Below, one piece after another: positions 20,901-32,656 of a stretch of 64,000 bases of DNA. The position numbers and the translations under genes are program-made. This stretch comes from Rhizaria sp. SCN 62-66 (lineage: Eukaryota). Under the pieces are notes generated by a model. That model ran no database searches. It was not told the origin of the DNA and saw nothing but the letters and a program-made list of their open reading frames with translations. Location of the stretch: assembly GCA_001724265.1 (NCBI GenBank), contig MEDY01000007.1, positions 1-64,000 on the forward strand, written 5' to 3'. Within the stretch, counting starts at the first letter, position 1, and every line of letters begins with the position of its first letter.

Positions 20901-22633
20901 CCAAGCCAGAGCACAGCCGCATGTGGGACGAGCTCTACGACCACGACGGCGGCAGCAACGACAGCTACGACGGCGACAGCGACAGCGATGATGATCGTCG
21001 CAGTCAGCGCAGCGGCGGCAGGCACGGCGCTGCCGCGGTGCAGTACTGGCGACGCGCGCCCGAGGACGTGCGTCGCTGCAGTGCGGCCGACGCCGAGGTG
21101 ATGAAGGCGCTGGGCCCCACGGGGCGCCCCTACACGCCCACGCGTCCCGGCGACGATTACACTGGCGCTGACGCTGATGCTGACGCTGACCCTGACTGCG
21201 GCTCTGACTCCGAGACTGAGTATGATGATGCTCGTGCTGAGTTTGACGAGATCGAGGACCAGATCACCGAGGAGGTCGAGGTCGACGAGCCCGTCGTCGA
21301 CTCCGCTGCCACGGCCAAGGCGGCCGCAACTGAGGCCACGAAGGCCAAGGCCAAGGCCAAGTCTGCCGCTGCGAAGAAGCAGTGTAAGGCGACCAAGGCA
21401 GCCTCCGTCGCGGCTGCGAAGGCCAAGGTCGAGGCCGCCAAGGCCCGTGCGAGCGCCAGCAAGGCCAAGCAGGACGACGGCCGTGGCGCTGTGAACGCGG
21501 CCTTCAGCTTCGACATCGACGGCGACGATGCGGACGACGACGGCAGCAACGACACCGCTGACGCTAACGCTGAAGTTGCTGCGGCTGAGTCTGATCTCGC
21601 CAACGCAGTCAGTGTAAACTGCGACTCGAGCAACGGTGCCGATACTGTCACTGGTGAGGATGAGAGTGCACAGGAGAGCCGTGAGGAGCTTGACAGTAAC
21701 CGCAAGTTCGCTGCGATCGACCTCGACGGCGACGTCGACGACGCGCTCGCACCCGAAATCAAGCCGCCCGCGTCGGCGACCTTCCGCCGCGTCAAGCGCA
21801 CCGTCACACGCACTGTCACGCGCCGCGTCCCCAAGCAGCGCTCCAAGGTCAGCAGCAAGTTGTGCAGGCGCACCGCCAGCCGTAGCGCGCCGGTGGCGCC
21901 GCTGGGCCTGCAGCCAGTGGCCTGGCGCTGGACGCCCGCGCAGACGGCCGCGGCGCTCTCGGCGTGGGACTGCGCGCGCCCGCTGCTGACCGCGACTGAC
22001 CTCGCCCGCGACCGCGAGGCCGCCGCGGCGGGCGCGTCCGGCGCGGCCGCGCGGCGCGCGGCGGCGCTGGTGTCGGAGCCGCTGCTGAGCGAGGAGAGCT
22101 ACATGGCACGCGCGGTGGACCTGCTGCTGCGAAACCACGCGCTGCTGACCGCTGAGCGTGACGAGAGCGTGAGGACGCGCAGGGCGCTGCCGCCCGCCGT
22201 GGACCTGGCCGAGCTGCTGCTGGGCCGCAGCGCCGCCAGCCAGGCCGCCCAGTTCGCGCGCGACAACGGCAGCCAGGACAGGGGCCCGCTGGACCAGCTC
22301 GAGCTGGGGTACGACAGCGACGTCGACGACTACGGCGAGAGCCAGCAGTGGGGCGAGATGATGCTGCGGGAGACGCGCGCGCTCTACAAGAAGACTGTGG
22401 GGCAGGCCACAGTCGGCGCCGCGATCGCGAACGCTGCTGCTCCTGCGGCTGGTGCCGGCAGCAGTGCGGGCTCGACCAGTCACAGCAGGCGCAGCGGCAG
22501 CAGCAACGGCGACACAAAGACTCACAGTGATGGCGACGACGACGGCGATTTCTTCGACACCACTGCCACGGTGACTGTTGGTGCGACTAGGACGCGTGGC
22601 GCTGACAGCGACAAGATGAGGGACGAGCTTTGA
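17987..22633 (+). CDS. GT41-family glycosyltransferase resembling HMW1C/NGT, with signal peptide and C-terminal RDEL; intronless
   Basis: N-terminus MRTFHARLLAVLLALVCALFATLAPVSA; motifs HSIYRT (19172-19189), YYPDVGM..SILLSNMRLAPVQ..GHSVST..IDYY, PFKVN, FPFGGCNTVNDALWAGVPVIT; ends KMRDEL*. Confidence 0.8.
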   Translation: MRTFHARLLAVLLALVCALFATLAPVSAFVQPDPKANQQSAAVVEQQLERWFKSLHNDKAEAVCDHVLSLIELFSTGRSWDAHSASVLADVVGTIFAEPRFVISPAWPCAEKLIKASPSLMALFTVATQTAAVVFPRDAARNARAVYDALPLDAQASPVVRDAFRRLRPAAVRMRADMTLNLPLRSSELACDAVVALADAAVRPWRMRFKQRLQRAVDAGAPSLEPDSATSPRDLAVVHSSMVKVMILAHPQGRSSVVGFTEEELSNELPLLYNYWYAALAISAKTNLASERGLAVLEGHSLAFPKYHIFNEFLSSVNFAVSYINVATDVHLKSHINSVLQSFLVNPNAEFSSARFLASPHMLPAPHSLGRAPPARVLSGRGVKIAVITQFWLRFHSIYRTFVRFARALARSGFALHLVMLGAAEDEVGLEPGLFANVNYYPEQNDIDRARLIEKLCLTEKFDAIYYPDVGMSFASILLSNMRLAPVQFTTQGHSVSTFGSQIDYYLSGDETERADLELVAGDFSERVVLVPGLSVVSEIPLALGTPYWRLYHNLPKETTKSDNQSNGGSDNSAQQQPQQPEQHAPSTEDKVVPTTDSNGDSKDRAGASASASAQSVLGLSRGGQYVVGDETTESFVACAEWAWDVEGLFNHKHLIIALNHAPFKVNAPYLTALARGLVQVQGRGFELRMFPHLNALLEKGAFELNVYHTLRDAYVTAGVATGRAPPLPEGPLSDRYLEHYSAEERAQAAASVVARLTEVYKRERSLDKASNVDPYHWLRTDVSFTGGAPVADAAKMTIDLSTLEGLWALRFALHVHVVVYNGLKYAQYITTLASNVYSAQERNGCTGTFAVEAFPFGGCNTVNDALWAGVPVITHRGTRFNARVGSATLARVSPALGRLLLTTTAPELSRAVAAMAGDDEFRARVAVMMRAASLAPVFGEDVSPLMQRWAAGLSSMSMFRSGVAANKLATAKPEHSRMWDELYDHDGGSNDSYDGDSDSDDDRRSQRSGGRHGAAAVQYWRRAPEDVRRCSAADAEVMKALGPTGRPYTPTRPGDDYTGADADADADPDCGSDSETEYDDARAEFDEIEDQITEEVEVDEPVVDSAATAKAAATEATKAKAKAKSAAAKKQCKATKAASVAAAKAKVEAAKARASASKAKQDDGRGAVNAAFSFDIDGDDADDDGSNDTADANAEVAAAESDLANAVSVNCDSSNGADTVTGEDESAQESREELDSNRKFAAIDLDGDVDDALAPEIKPPASATFRRVKRTVTRTVTRRVPKQRSKVSSKLCRRTASRSAPVAPLGLQPVAWRWTPAQTAAALSAWDCARPLLTATDLARDREAAAAGASGAAARRAAALVSEPLLSEESYMARAVDLLLRNHALLTAERDESVRTRRALPPAVDLAELLLGRSAASQAAQFARDNGSQDRGPLDQLELGYDSDVDDYGESQQWGEMMLRETRALYKKTVGQATVGAAIANAAAPAAGAGSSAGSTSHSRRSGSSNGDTKTHSDGDDDGDFFDTTATVTVGATRTRGADSDKMRDEL

Positions 22634-23705
22634 GGACTTCAGTGAGCCTTTTGCGTTTAACGCCTCAACCAGTGACAATCTTATGTTGTTGTTCCATCAG
22701 TCATATTCAGCGTGCTGATTGCGCGCTTTTTACACTAGAAAACATTATTTCATATTAGGTAGAGTATTATAGGAACTATATACTGGCTGCTGACACAGCG
22801 CTTACTATATTGTATATTATAAGTTTATTTTAACGTTTTTATGTCTGTTCTGTTTGTCTTTCATGTCACGGCGTGTTCTTCCTTCGTGGTCGCCGGGGTT
22901 GAAGTTGCGACACAGCTGCGTTTCCTTGCGACTTCGTCATGCGTAGTCTCGACATCAGCGGCCAAATCACTGCTGTTACATAACCATATGTCACTAGCAT
23001 CCAAAATATATGTAGCTGTCATGTATATACACAACAATCCGTGTTAAGTAACTTCTCAGTCAACACAAAAAATTGGAGTAGGGATAAGTTCACATGCGAT
23101 TATAAACTTGCCATGGTAAAAGAAGTTTGTTATTGTATTACAAATTATAGCGAGTCAGTTTACTCTTATCTTATACATTGTTGCCACGCCACATTCGTCC
23201 GCAGCAGTGCGGGACAGAGAGCGGACGACAGAGCCGCAGAGCGAGAACGGGTGATAATAGAACTTTCCCGCCCCGAACTGCAACCGCCGCCGCCGCTTTG
23301 CACTCACACAGATACACACCGGCGCCGCGCACACGCTAGTGCGCGACGGGGGGAGGCTGCGGGCTGCAGCGCAGTCGCTGTAGAGATTTTGAGAGCGCGC
23401 CAGCTCACAGTCAACGCGCGCCACGCCGCGGGTGTTCTTGGGATTAAGGTAGGAAACACCGCGGCGCGACGCGCGCGTTTGCCGCCGTCACACCTCGCCG
23501 ACGCACGGCTCGGCTACGGCAGCCACACCATCACACTCACACACAGGCACACGCATTGGGATGCGAGCGCGTACGTGCGAGATCAATCTGTAAAGGTCGA
23601 TCGTGTCATCGCTGTCTCGGCGCGCGCTCTGTGATGAGAGATGCGGAGATGACGAGGGCTCTCTCTGGCTGTCATGAGTGAAGTGAAGATAAGAAGCTTA
23701 CTTAC

Positions 23706-24212
23706 TTACGCGGAGACCTCGAGGATGGCGTCAACGACGTTGCCCTTCTCGCGGAGAGCCTTGATGGCCTTGTTGCGGGAGCAGTTGCCCTGGGACATGA
23801 CGGTCTCGATCTCGTCGGCCTCGAGGCCGGTCTCGTCCGCGGGGGCGGCGTCCTCCTCCTCCTCGGCGTCAGCGGAGGCGGCAGCGGGGACGTTGGCGAA
23901 GGAGCCGGCCTGCTGGCGGAGAGCGGAGGCGAAGTCCTCGGTCTTGGCCTCGCCGAAGACGACGTAGGTGTTGGTGCCGGGGGCACGGAAAACCTCGGGC
24001 TCGTTGATGGCGAACACGACGTTCTTGGCGCGCTTGAGGGTGACACGGGTGACGTTCGGGACGGTAGTGAGGCCGGCCTTGACGAGGGCCTTGCGGGCCT
24101 TGCGCTCGGTCTTGGAGAGCTTGCGGCCCGAGGCGTCGGTCTCGAGATCCGGGGTCTCGTCGTCGGAGATGTCCTCGAAGTTAGCGTTGTTGGCCTCCTC
24201 AATGGCAGACAT
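23706..24212 (-). CDS. NACA: Nascent polypeptide-associated complex subunit alpha
   Basis: SKTERKARKAL..GLT.VPNVTRVT, NVVFAINEPEVF, TYVVFGEAK; C-terminal UBA-like DETGLEADEIETVMSQGNCSRNKAIKAL. Start ATG at 24212. Confidence 0.95.
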   Translation of the reverse strand: MSAIEEANNANFEDISDDETPDLETDASGRKLSKTERKARKALVKAGLTTVPNVTRVTLKRAKNVVFAINEPEVFRAPGTNTYVVFGEAKTEDFASALRQQAGSFANVPAAASADAEEEEDAAPADETGLEADEIETVMSQGNCSRNKAIKALREKGNVVDAILEVSA

Positions 24213-25062
24213 TGTCGATAAACTGACTATAGAGCAACAAAAGTGAAAACATGGGAGATCAGGACGCGAAATACAGGTACAAAAGAGTGAGAAGGCGTCA
24301 ACGGAGACGAACAGTGGGACAGCAAGGCGCAAGCACAAAATCACCGCCGGTGTACGGAACAGACACGTCTACACTCTGTCTTATCAACACATAAGGTGTC
24401 TAAGAGTGACTTGTATATTATACTGCAATTACGAAATTAGAGGCGACGCTTAAGACCCGCCAAGACCGCGGGAAGAGATCCGCTCGCGCGGACTGGGCCG
24501 CACTCTCGATCCCGCCAGACAAAGTTAAGCCGCTCCCACAGTCACGACCACCAGTCAACCTGACGCTGACTCAAAAGAGAAATCTAATAATGCGTGCAGC
24601 GCATCAGGATGCTATTTAAGAGAGATAATATTTGCATATTGTATAGGACAACCAGTTTTAGAGCAATTGGTTGTATTTTATCACGTTTTTTGTTGAACTA
24701 TACAGCTGTGTCGTCGTCTGCACAAAGCGAGCCTGAGACAAAGGTTGAACACCGAATACGAAAAATGAAAAAATATTAAAAATTGATTGACCGAATTGAG
24801 ATTACATGACTTATGAGTTACGAGTAAAAAAACGGGGACAGATGACACACAACAAAAACACAACTTAAAAGTCATAGACCCCCATTTTCATGGAGATCTA
24901 CGCACACATATACAACGTTGCAGCAGAACTTAACTACTGCTGACAGAGAGGAGCAAACTCAAGAAAATATCACACAAACAAAAACGATTACAAACGACAA
25001 GACATACCATAACTTCAGATAGCGTCAGAACTGCAGCACCTTGACGCTTACACGAGCAGCAC

Positions 25063-28000
25063 TTAGGCGAGCACCTCCTGCATCTTCTCCATCATCTTTT
25101 CGTAGTTGGAGGTGAGGTGGGTGTGCAGGCCGTGGAGCGCCTCAGTGCAGCGTGCGCCGAAGACGTCGAGCGCGCCCTTAAGCACGGTGATCTGGTGTCC
25201 CATGGCGGCCTTGAGGTCCTGCAGCTGCAGGCGGCGCTCCTCGAGCGTGGCCGCGACGTTCTCCTTCTCCGTGTCGAGCGTGCACGTGCTGGCGTCGAGG
25301 AACTCGGCCGTCATGAACGCCTCGACGTACTTGGCCGTGCCGCCGTTGACGGCCGCGTCAATAATGCCGTTGAGAATCATCGACAGCGGGCCCACGTCAA
25401 CGGGCCCCGGCGGCGCCTGCGCAACAGCGGCGGCGATAAGGTCGACCTCGCGGGTCTTCTTCTCGATCGTCTCGGTCGCGTTGACAATCGGCGCCACGGT
25501 CTCCTCGACCCTGTATACCACGGGGATGCGGCGGCGGTTACTCGGGAAGGGCTCCGCGGCGATGACGTGCGTGCGCACGATCCACATGTCGCGGAACTCG
25601 TTGACGGCCTTGTCGCTGCTGCGGCGCCACACGCGCGAGTACTCGAACACGCGGATGTTGTGGTTGTCCTTGTGGCGCGCGACATACATCGGCACCGTCA
25701 CCAGCGGCGACGTGTCGGCACTCGTGTCGGTCACCAGCGACGGCAGATGCGACAGCGGCGGAAGCACGTTGCGCGCCTGCAGCGAGTGCAGCACCCCGGC
25801 GGCGTGGTCCGCGGCGGGCACGTTGAGCACCGTGATGGCGATCACCTGCGAATGCGCCGCCAGCACGTCCGCACCAGGCTTGTCCGTCATGGCGTAGTGC
25901 GCGTTGGGGAAGCGCAGCTTGAGCCGGTTGGTGAACTCCATGATGTTCTCCAGCTTGCGGCCCTTGTAGATGAACTCGCCGCCGTTGTCCGTCAGCGCCT
26001 GGTCCTCGAAGGCGCCGAGGAACACCACGCGGAAGTACGACGAGTAAAAGCGCTTGGCGTCGATCGTCTTACTAAAGTGCTTCGCCTGCGTGCGCAGCAG
26101 CTCCGCGAGCGAAGAGAAGTCGTAGACCAAGTGCTGGTAGTAGTGGCGCAGCAAGTCGCTGCACTCGCTGGCGCGCTCCCACTCGTCGGCGTTGGTGAAC
26201 TCGTCGATGGCGGCCTTGAGTAGGCGTTCCTTGCGCACGCGCGAGGGCTCGGCAGGGTGCGAGCCACAGGCGCTGAGTGGGGCGTCGTCCCACGCCAGCA
26301 GCTTCGCCTGCTGCAGACGCGTCACCGCGGCCTCGACGTGGTTGGAGCCCGTCGTGTGGATCTCGGCCAACACTTCGAGATAGCGCGCGTGCATGCCGCC
26401 ACCACCGCTGCCGCCGGAAGCCGCGTTAGCCGCCTGGGCGGCGCTGTTGTTGCTGCTGCTGCCCGAGGACTCGATGTACGCGATGAGGCGCAGCGCAACC
26501 GAGGCGCGGTCCTCCTGGTACTCGGGCGTGTCGGGCAGCGAGATGAGCGAGAGCATGAGCTTGAAGATGGTCGCCATGTGCTCCAACAGCACGGTGCCGT
26601 CGCTCTGCAGGCGCGCGTTCGGGACGGCGCGGAATTTGGCCGCCAGCGACAACTGCATGTGTTGCATCACCTTCTCGCCCTCAGTCGCGCTTGTGTTGGT
26701 GACTTCGTACAGCGCGTCGATCGACAGGCGCTCGATCTCGCTGAAGTTGCCGCTCACGCGGTGCTGCGCACACAGGATGTCGAAGAGCATGTCGAACAGC
26801 GTGATCTGCACCGTCGAGCTCGCCGTGACGAGCGCGGACACGATCATGTTGACGACATGGGGCGCGACCTGGAGCTTTTGTCCGTCGCTCAGCGACTGCC
26901 ACATCTCGAAGAAGAGCTCAACGACGCCGCGGCGCACGTCGCCGTAGCGCTCGTCGACGTACTTGCCCTTGACGGCCGGCATCAAGTCGGTGACGAAGGC
27001 CTTGGAGAGGCGCACCACGAGCGCGAGCTGCAGCCACGCGACCCACACGGCGGCGTCGAACGCGCTGCCCCTGCCGCCGAAGAGCGACTTGACGGGGCCC
27101 GCGAGCGTGCGCAGCGCGGCCACGGCGGTGCGCAGCGTGAACCACTGCACCTGGAGCCAGGCCGAAGGGATGAGCGACTGCAGCATCGTCACGCCGGTAG
27201 TGGCGACATAGAGCACGTGGCGCAGCAGCAGAGAAAGCTGCGGCGCGGGCAGCGCGGCGAGTGTGGTGTGGAGCTCCGGCTCGGGGATGCCGTCGAGCAG
27301 CGCGAAGAGCAGCAGTGCGGGGTCCACAACAACGTCGACGAAGGCACTGCGCAAAGTCGCCTCGTGCGGCAGCGCCAGCACGGCGTGCGCGCGCTCGCCG
27401 GGTGGCAGCGGGATGCCGGGGCACGCGCGGTAGATGAGCTGCACTGCGGCCGCGAGCGAGCCTAGGACGGGGGCGAAATGCGCCAGCGTGAGCGCGCCAG
27501 CGTTGCCGGCCTCGGGCGCGTGGTCGGGGTTGTGCGACAGCCGCGCCAGCAGCGTCGACTTGGGCGACACGCGCGCGTACATGTGCTGCAGCAGCGCCGT
27601 GGCCGAGTAGACCTCGTCCAGCGACTGCGACAACACGCCCAGAGCGAGCGCCTTGGAGCTCAGCGCCAGCAGCGCCGGGAACAGCACCTCGAGCGCGGGC
27701 GTCGAGATGACGCGCGCGAGCCGCGCGGGGGCGAGGCAGATGACGTTGCGGACCGAGGACGTGAAGGGCAACACGCCGCCCGCGGCCGTGGCGGGCAGCG
27801 GCACGGGCACGGCCTGGCCCGTGAGGAGCGTGCGCGCCGCGGTGAGCAGCGTCGCGGGCATCACCGAGGACGACAGCCAGCGCGCCGCCAGTGCAGTCGC
27901 CTCGGCAGCGCCGATGAAAGGCACCAGCGCGGCGTACAGGTGCGGCAGCGCGGCCACGACGGCGGCCTGGCCCTGGCCGGGCCCGTTGGCATCGCCGCCG

Positions 28001-31000
28001 TTGTTGTCGGTGAGGCCGTAGTCGAGGTTGACGAACTCCTCCGCGGCGGCCAGCAGGTCGACCAGCTGGCTGTACTGGGCCGCGCTCACGGTCACCGAGG
28101 CGCCGCCGACCGAGGCCACGGCGGCGCCCGTCGAGGCCGAAGCGAGTGAGGACAGCGCGAGCAGGAGCAACGGCGGGATCGCGCGGCCCAGGCGCAGCGC
28201 GGGGTGCAGCGTCAGCGGCTCCGAGATGGCCAGCGCCGCCGACGAGGGTGCGAAGAAGCCGCTGCCGCTGCCACTGCCGCTGGGCGAGAACATGTTGCCG
28301 GGCGTCTCGGGCGTGTTGGCGTCCTCGATGTGCACGCCCAGGCGCATGCTGCTGTGGCCGCCGCTGGCAAAGTCGCCCATGCCGGGCGGGCGCGTGGTCG
28401 AGACCGGGGACAGCACGCCCGACGGCGGGCGCATCAGCGTGTTGCCGCCGAAGGCCGCGCCGCCGGGGCCCACGCCCGCGCCGCCGGGCCCGTTAGGCAC
28501 GATGAAGGAGCGCGAGGCGGAACGCGTGGTGCCGGGGATGCCGAGCGAGCGCGAGGATGCGGCCAGCAGCGCGGGGCTCACGGCGCCGTTGGCCGCGGCG
28601 CCGGAGCAGTCCTTGTTGCTGCTCGACGCGAGCGCCAGCGTCTCAGCCTGCTCCACGAGCGCGGCGGCCGTGTGCGAGAGCAGCGCGCCCGCGGCGGCGC
28701 CCCCGTCGGCAAACACAGACGTGACGAAGGTCGTAAGCGGCTCGTTGTGGTGCGGGACGAGGCGCGACAGGAACGAGGCCAGCGTCTTGAAGGCCGCGCT
28801 ATGGGCGTCGGCGTGCGCGGGCGAGGCGAGGATCGCGCAGAGGTGCGCGACCGAGGACGGGAAGACGCGCGCGAGCACGTGCAGCGGCGCCGTGTGCGAG
28901 GGCGACTGCAGCTGCGTGAGCGCGGCCACCAGCGCGTGGCGAGGCATCGACTGCCACGTCGCCAGAGCGTTGAGGTTAGCCTCCTCGCACAGAGCTGAGG
29001 ACACGAGACGGGACTCAAACGTGAAGGTCTCCTTGCGCGGCGGGATCTTGCCGGCGTCGTTGATGTAGTTCTCGCCCGAGTTGAAGGGTCGGAACGTCAT
29101 CACCGAGTGCGACTGCGAGCGCAGCGGCAGCCCGTTGGCTTCTGTCAGGAACTGGAACGCCGAGGCGAAGATGGCGCTCTTCTTGGCAGTGGTGGAGACG
29201 TGCCAGAACTCAAACAGCAGGTGCGCGTCGCTCAGCAGCTCGGCCGGGATCGACACCTTGACGAACTCGTTGAACTCGGGCATATTGTTGTGGTAGTATA
29301 CGCCCGACGAGTACATGTTGCTCGGCGCCTCGGCCCCGAAGCCGGTGAAGATGCTGTCGGGGATGGGCGCGAGCGTGCTAGTGCGCACGGCGCGGATGCG
29401 CACTTCGACGTTGCGCGCCGAAGACTTCTTGTCCTGCGAGAAGCAGCCCGACACGAGACGCAGGTTGATGTCGTTACGGTCCGCCGTGGGCGTCCACGCG
29501 TGCGCGAACTGCGGGCGCAGCGTCGTCGACACATCCTTGAGCAGCGCCTTGTGCGACGCGCGCGCGAAGGCCAGGTCGCCCTCGAGCAGCGTGAGACCCA
29601 ACGCGATGCCCTTGGCGCGCGGGGCGGGCTCGAAGTCCTTGTTGGAGCCGCCCAGGTCGCCCTCCTTGACGGCCGTGATGAGCGTGTCGTGGAAGGTGGG
29701 GAACGCGGCCTCGTTAGTCGGCGTGTAGATGGTCAGCGAAGACGCGGGCGGCTCGTACTCCTTGCCCACAGTCTTGACCAGGTTCGCGGGCGCGATGGCC
29801 ACGACCGCGGCGCCGAAGCAGCGGCGGCAGGTCGTGCCCTTCTCGGGCGGTTTGGTCGCCAGCGTCTTGAGGTCCTTGGGCTCGTACATGAGCCCGCCGC
29901 GGCGGTAGATGCGGCACACGAGCCACACGTCGCCGGTCACGTCAGCCGGCACGATGTCCTGAAAGATGGTCTTGATCTTGCCCATGACGCGCATGTGCTC
30001 CGGCAGCCCCGGCGGCGGGAGGTTCACGATGAACTCGTCCGTCAGGAACTCCTTACGCCCGTGGTGGTACAGCGAGAAGTGTAGGTCCGTCTCCTCGCCG
30101 ACAGAGAAGATGCACACCTTGACGTCGAGAAAGAGCTGGAAGCGCTTGGTGAGCACCTCAGCGGCCGACAGCGTCCCAGCGGCCTCCTTCTGCGCGGCGC
30201 GGAGCATCGCAACGCTGCCGCCGTCAGCAACGGCGCCCGTGCTGCTGCCGGCGCCGCCGCTGCCGGCGGCGTTGGCGTTGACAGGCACTTCGGGCAGCAC
30301 GCCATCGTAAGCGGCGCGCGCGCCGAGCTCCTGGTCGACGATGCGCAGCGCGTCGGCGATCGACAGGATGTCCACAGAGGCCTCGGTCACGGCGCCCGTC
30401 GAGTCCACGCCCTTGGGCAGCAGGAAGCCGCCGTAGCCCTCGTCGCGGTTGTCGAAGTGCTTGGTCGGCATGTACTGGCCCGCAGTCTCGGCCTCGAGCG
30501 CGGCGGCCGCGGCGGCGGCGCGCTTGGCCTTGACCTCGGCGTTGTTGGCCGTGGGCGTGTAGGCGGGCAGCGCGGCCGCGCAGCCAATGCTGCCGCGCGC
30601 GGCCAGCCCGCCCAAAGCCGCGGAGGCGGACCCGGCGGCCGTGGGGGAAGCGAACACACTCGCGACGGCGGCGGCGTTGGCGGCGGCGGCGGCAGCGGCC
30701 GACGGCGGCGGCGGCGGCAGCGCGGCGCCACTCGAGGGCGAGGGCGGTGGCAAGAACGCGGGGGGCCCGGCCCCGCCCGCGGCGCGCATGGTGACGGAGC
30801 CGTCGACGGAGCCGGGGGGGGCGGGCAGGTGCGCGCTGGGCGGGACGGGGATGCCTCCCGCGGCGCCGGAGGCCGCGGCGAGTGCGGCGGCGCCGCCGAA
30901 GAGCGCGTTCAGCGGCGACATCGGCGGGGAGACAAAGCCGGCGGGCCCGGCGACCGCACCGAGGCTGCTGGTGCTGTGCGGCGAGAAGGGCGGCGGCGGC

Positions 31001-31937
31001 GGGTTGACGCTGCCTACAGCGGCGAGGGGCGGTGGCGGGGGCGGCGCGACCGCGGCGGCGACGGGTGGCGAGCCGGCGGGCGGCATCGGCGGCGGCGACG
31101 CAGGCGGCATCGGCGGGGGCGACGCCGGGGGATGTGGCGGCGGCGAGGCCGGCGGCTGCGGGGGCGGCGACGCGGGGGGCTGCGGCGGGGGCGAGCCAGG
31201 CGACTGCGGGGGCGGGTAGGCGGACTCGTCCGCGGCCACAACCTCGGGCTCGGGCGGGGGCGTGTCGGAGGTCTCCTCGGCGTACGTCGTAAGCGGCTGC
31301 TCGGTCTGCGGGGGCTGCGCCGGCTGCTCGGCGCCCGCGGTGGGGGGCACGAAGGCGGGCGGGCCGCGGACGGAGCTGCCGACCGGGGCGGCAGTCATGA
31401 AGGCCGGCAGCGCGGGGCCGGAGCTGGCGGCCAAGGCGGCGTTCATCGACGGGTGAGGGGGCAGCACCTTGACGGGCACGGCAATGACGGGGGGCGCCGG
31501 TGTGAACTTGACGTATGTTTTCGGGAAAATGCCCAGGGTGCCGGGCTGGGACTTGAGCCAGCCGCGGTACCAGTCGGGCTGCTCCATCTTGATCTCGACC
31601 ACATCGTCCACGTTGAACGAGAGCTGGTTGCTAGCCTGGGCGGAGAACTTGTAGAGAGCTGTGTGCAGCACGTGGTGTCGTGTTAAGAGGTGAAATGCAG
31701 GGGAGATCGGCACGCGAGAAGCATGGTTAGGGGATAGCACAAAGGGTATCACAACGGAGGGCGTAACAGAGCGAGAGTGCAATGAAAGGCAATGATATCG
31801 AAACCTATAAGATATAAACAGCCAATCTTTTGTAGAACGTGATATGGAGGGTTAGCTGGCGCAACTGCACCGCGGGGCGCGTTGAAACGAGACGTACCAA
31901 CACCTGTGCCCAAGCACTCTTTCCACCCACTACTCAT
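25063..31937 (-). CDS. DOCK180-type Rho-family GEF (SH3, Pro-rich linker, DHR1/C2, DHR2), 2 exons (about 2211 aa)
   Basis: Exons 31937-31898 (MSSGWKECLGTGV) and 31658-25063; intron GTACGT...CACAG gives GVALYKF (SH3, WYRG, GIFPKTYV). DHR1 RNDINLRL..ARNVEV..YHNNMPEFNE; DHR2 YFRVVF..EFIYKG and LNGIIDAAVNGG. Confidence 0.92.
31075..31216 (-). repeat. Coding tandem repeat (PPP[Q/H/M]PPAS)n in the DOCK Pro-rich linker
   Basis: Translation PPPQSPGSPPPQPPASPPPQPPASPPPHPPASPPPMPPASPPPMPPAGS; units of about 24 nt. Confidence 0.8.
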
Positions 31938-32656
31938 GAAGGCGAGGGAGGAAACGCGCTAAAAGACGCGCTATTGAGAAGGTAAGGCAAAATAATAAGG
32001 TAGGACGTGAGCGGGTCTATCTATAACGGGCAGAATCAAACAACAACATCTGCACGGAAAGGCACGAGACACAGCGATATTACCTCGAGCTTTCCATCTT
32101 CTTCTTCTGTGGTATGATTGACTTTTTGAGAACCACCTGAGGTCAGTCAGCGCGCGACCGACCACTGATTGAACGGCCACAGGACAAATTCGTTGGGAAG
32201 TCGAGGGCTTTATTTCTTGGTTCAGACAGGGTCTATCGATCTGTGAAATAATTCGGCGGTATAGTATGCGCATTTTTGCAACGGGATATACTTATTTCGC
32301 GTTGCTTTATTGTTCTTCACGTTGATCGCCGCTCACATTTCCTCTTCAAATGTGGCCTTGTTGTCGCACACACTTTTACTCTCGCCTCGGTCACGTTCAC
32401 TGTCCCCAGCCCCCGCGGTCGCCCCTCGCCGCGTAAGTTGCCCGAATCCCCCCTGCAGCGGAGAAAGCTTTCAGAGCACACTCACCCTCTCTTTGCGCGT
32501 TTCTGTGCCCACAGCGCCTGCTCTGCCCGAGCGCTCTTACGCTCTCTCACTCGCCATAACTTTGAGTGTGTGACGAGCCACAAGTCTTCTCTTTAAGCCA
32601 CCACCAGCGTTTGCGCTTCTGTTGACGTATCGCCGACTTTCCTAAGATCAAGTACA

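Noticed and set aside
23041-23634. 197-aa plus-strand ORF between GT41 and NACA
   Set aside because: Non-ATG start, no coding-like codon bias or motifs; overlaps the probable NACA 3' region.
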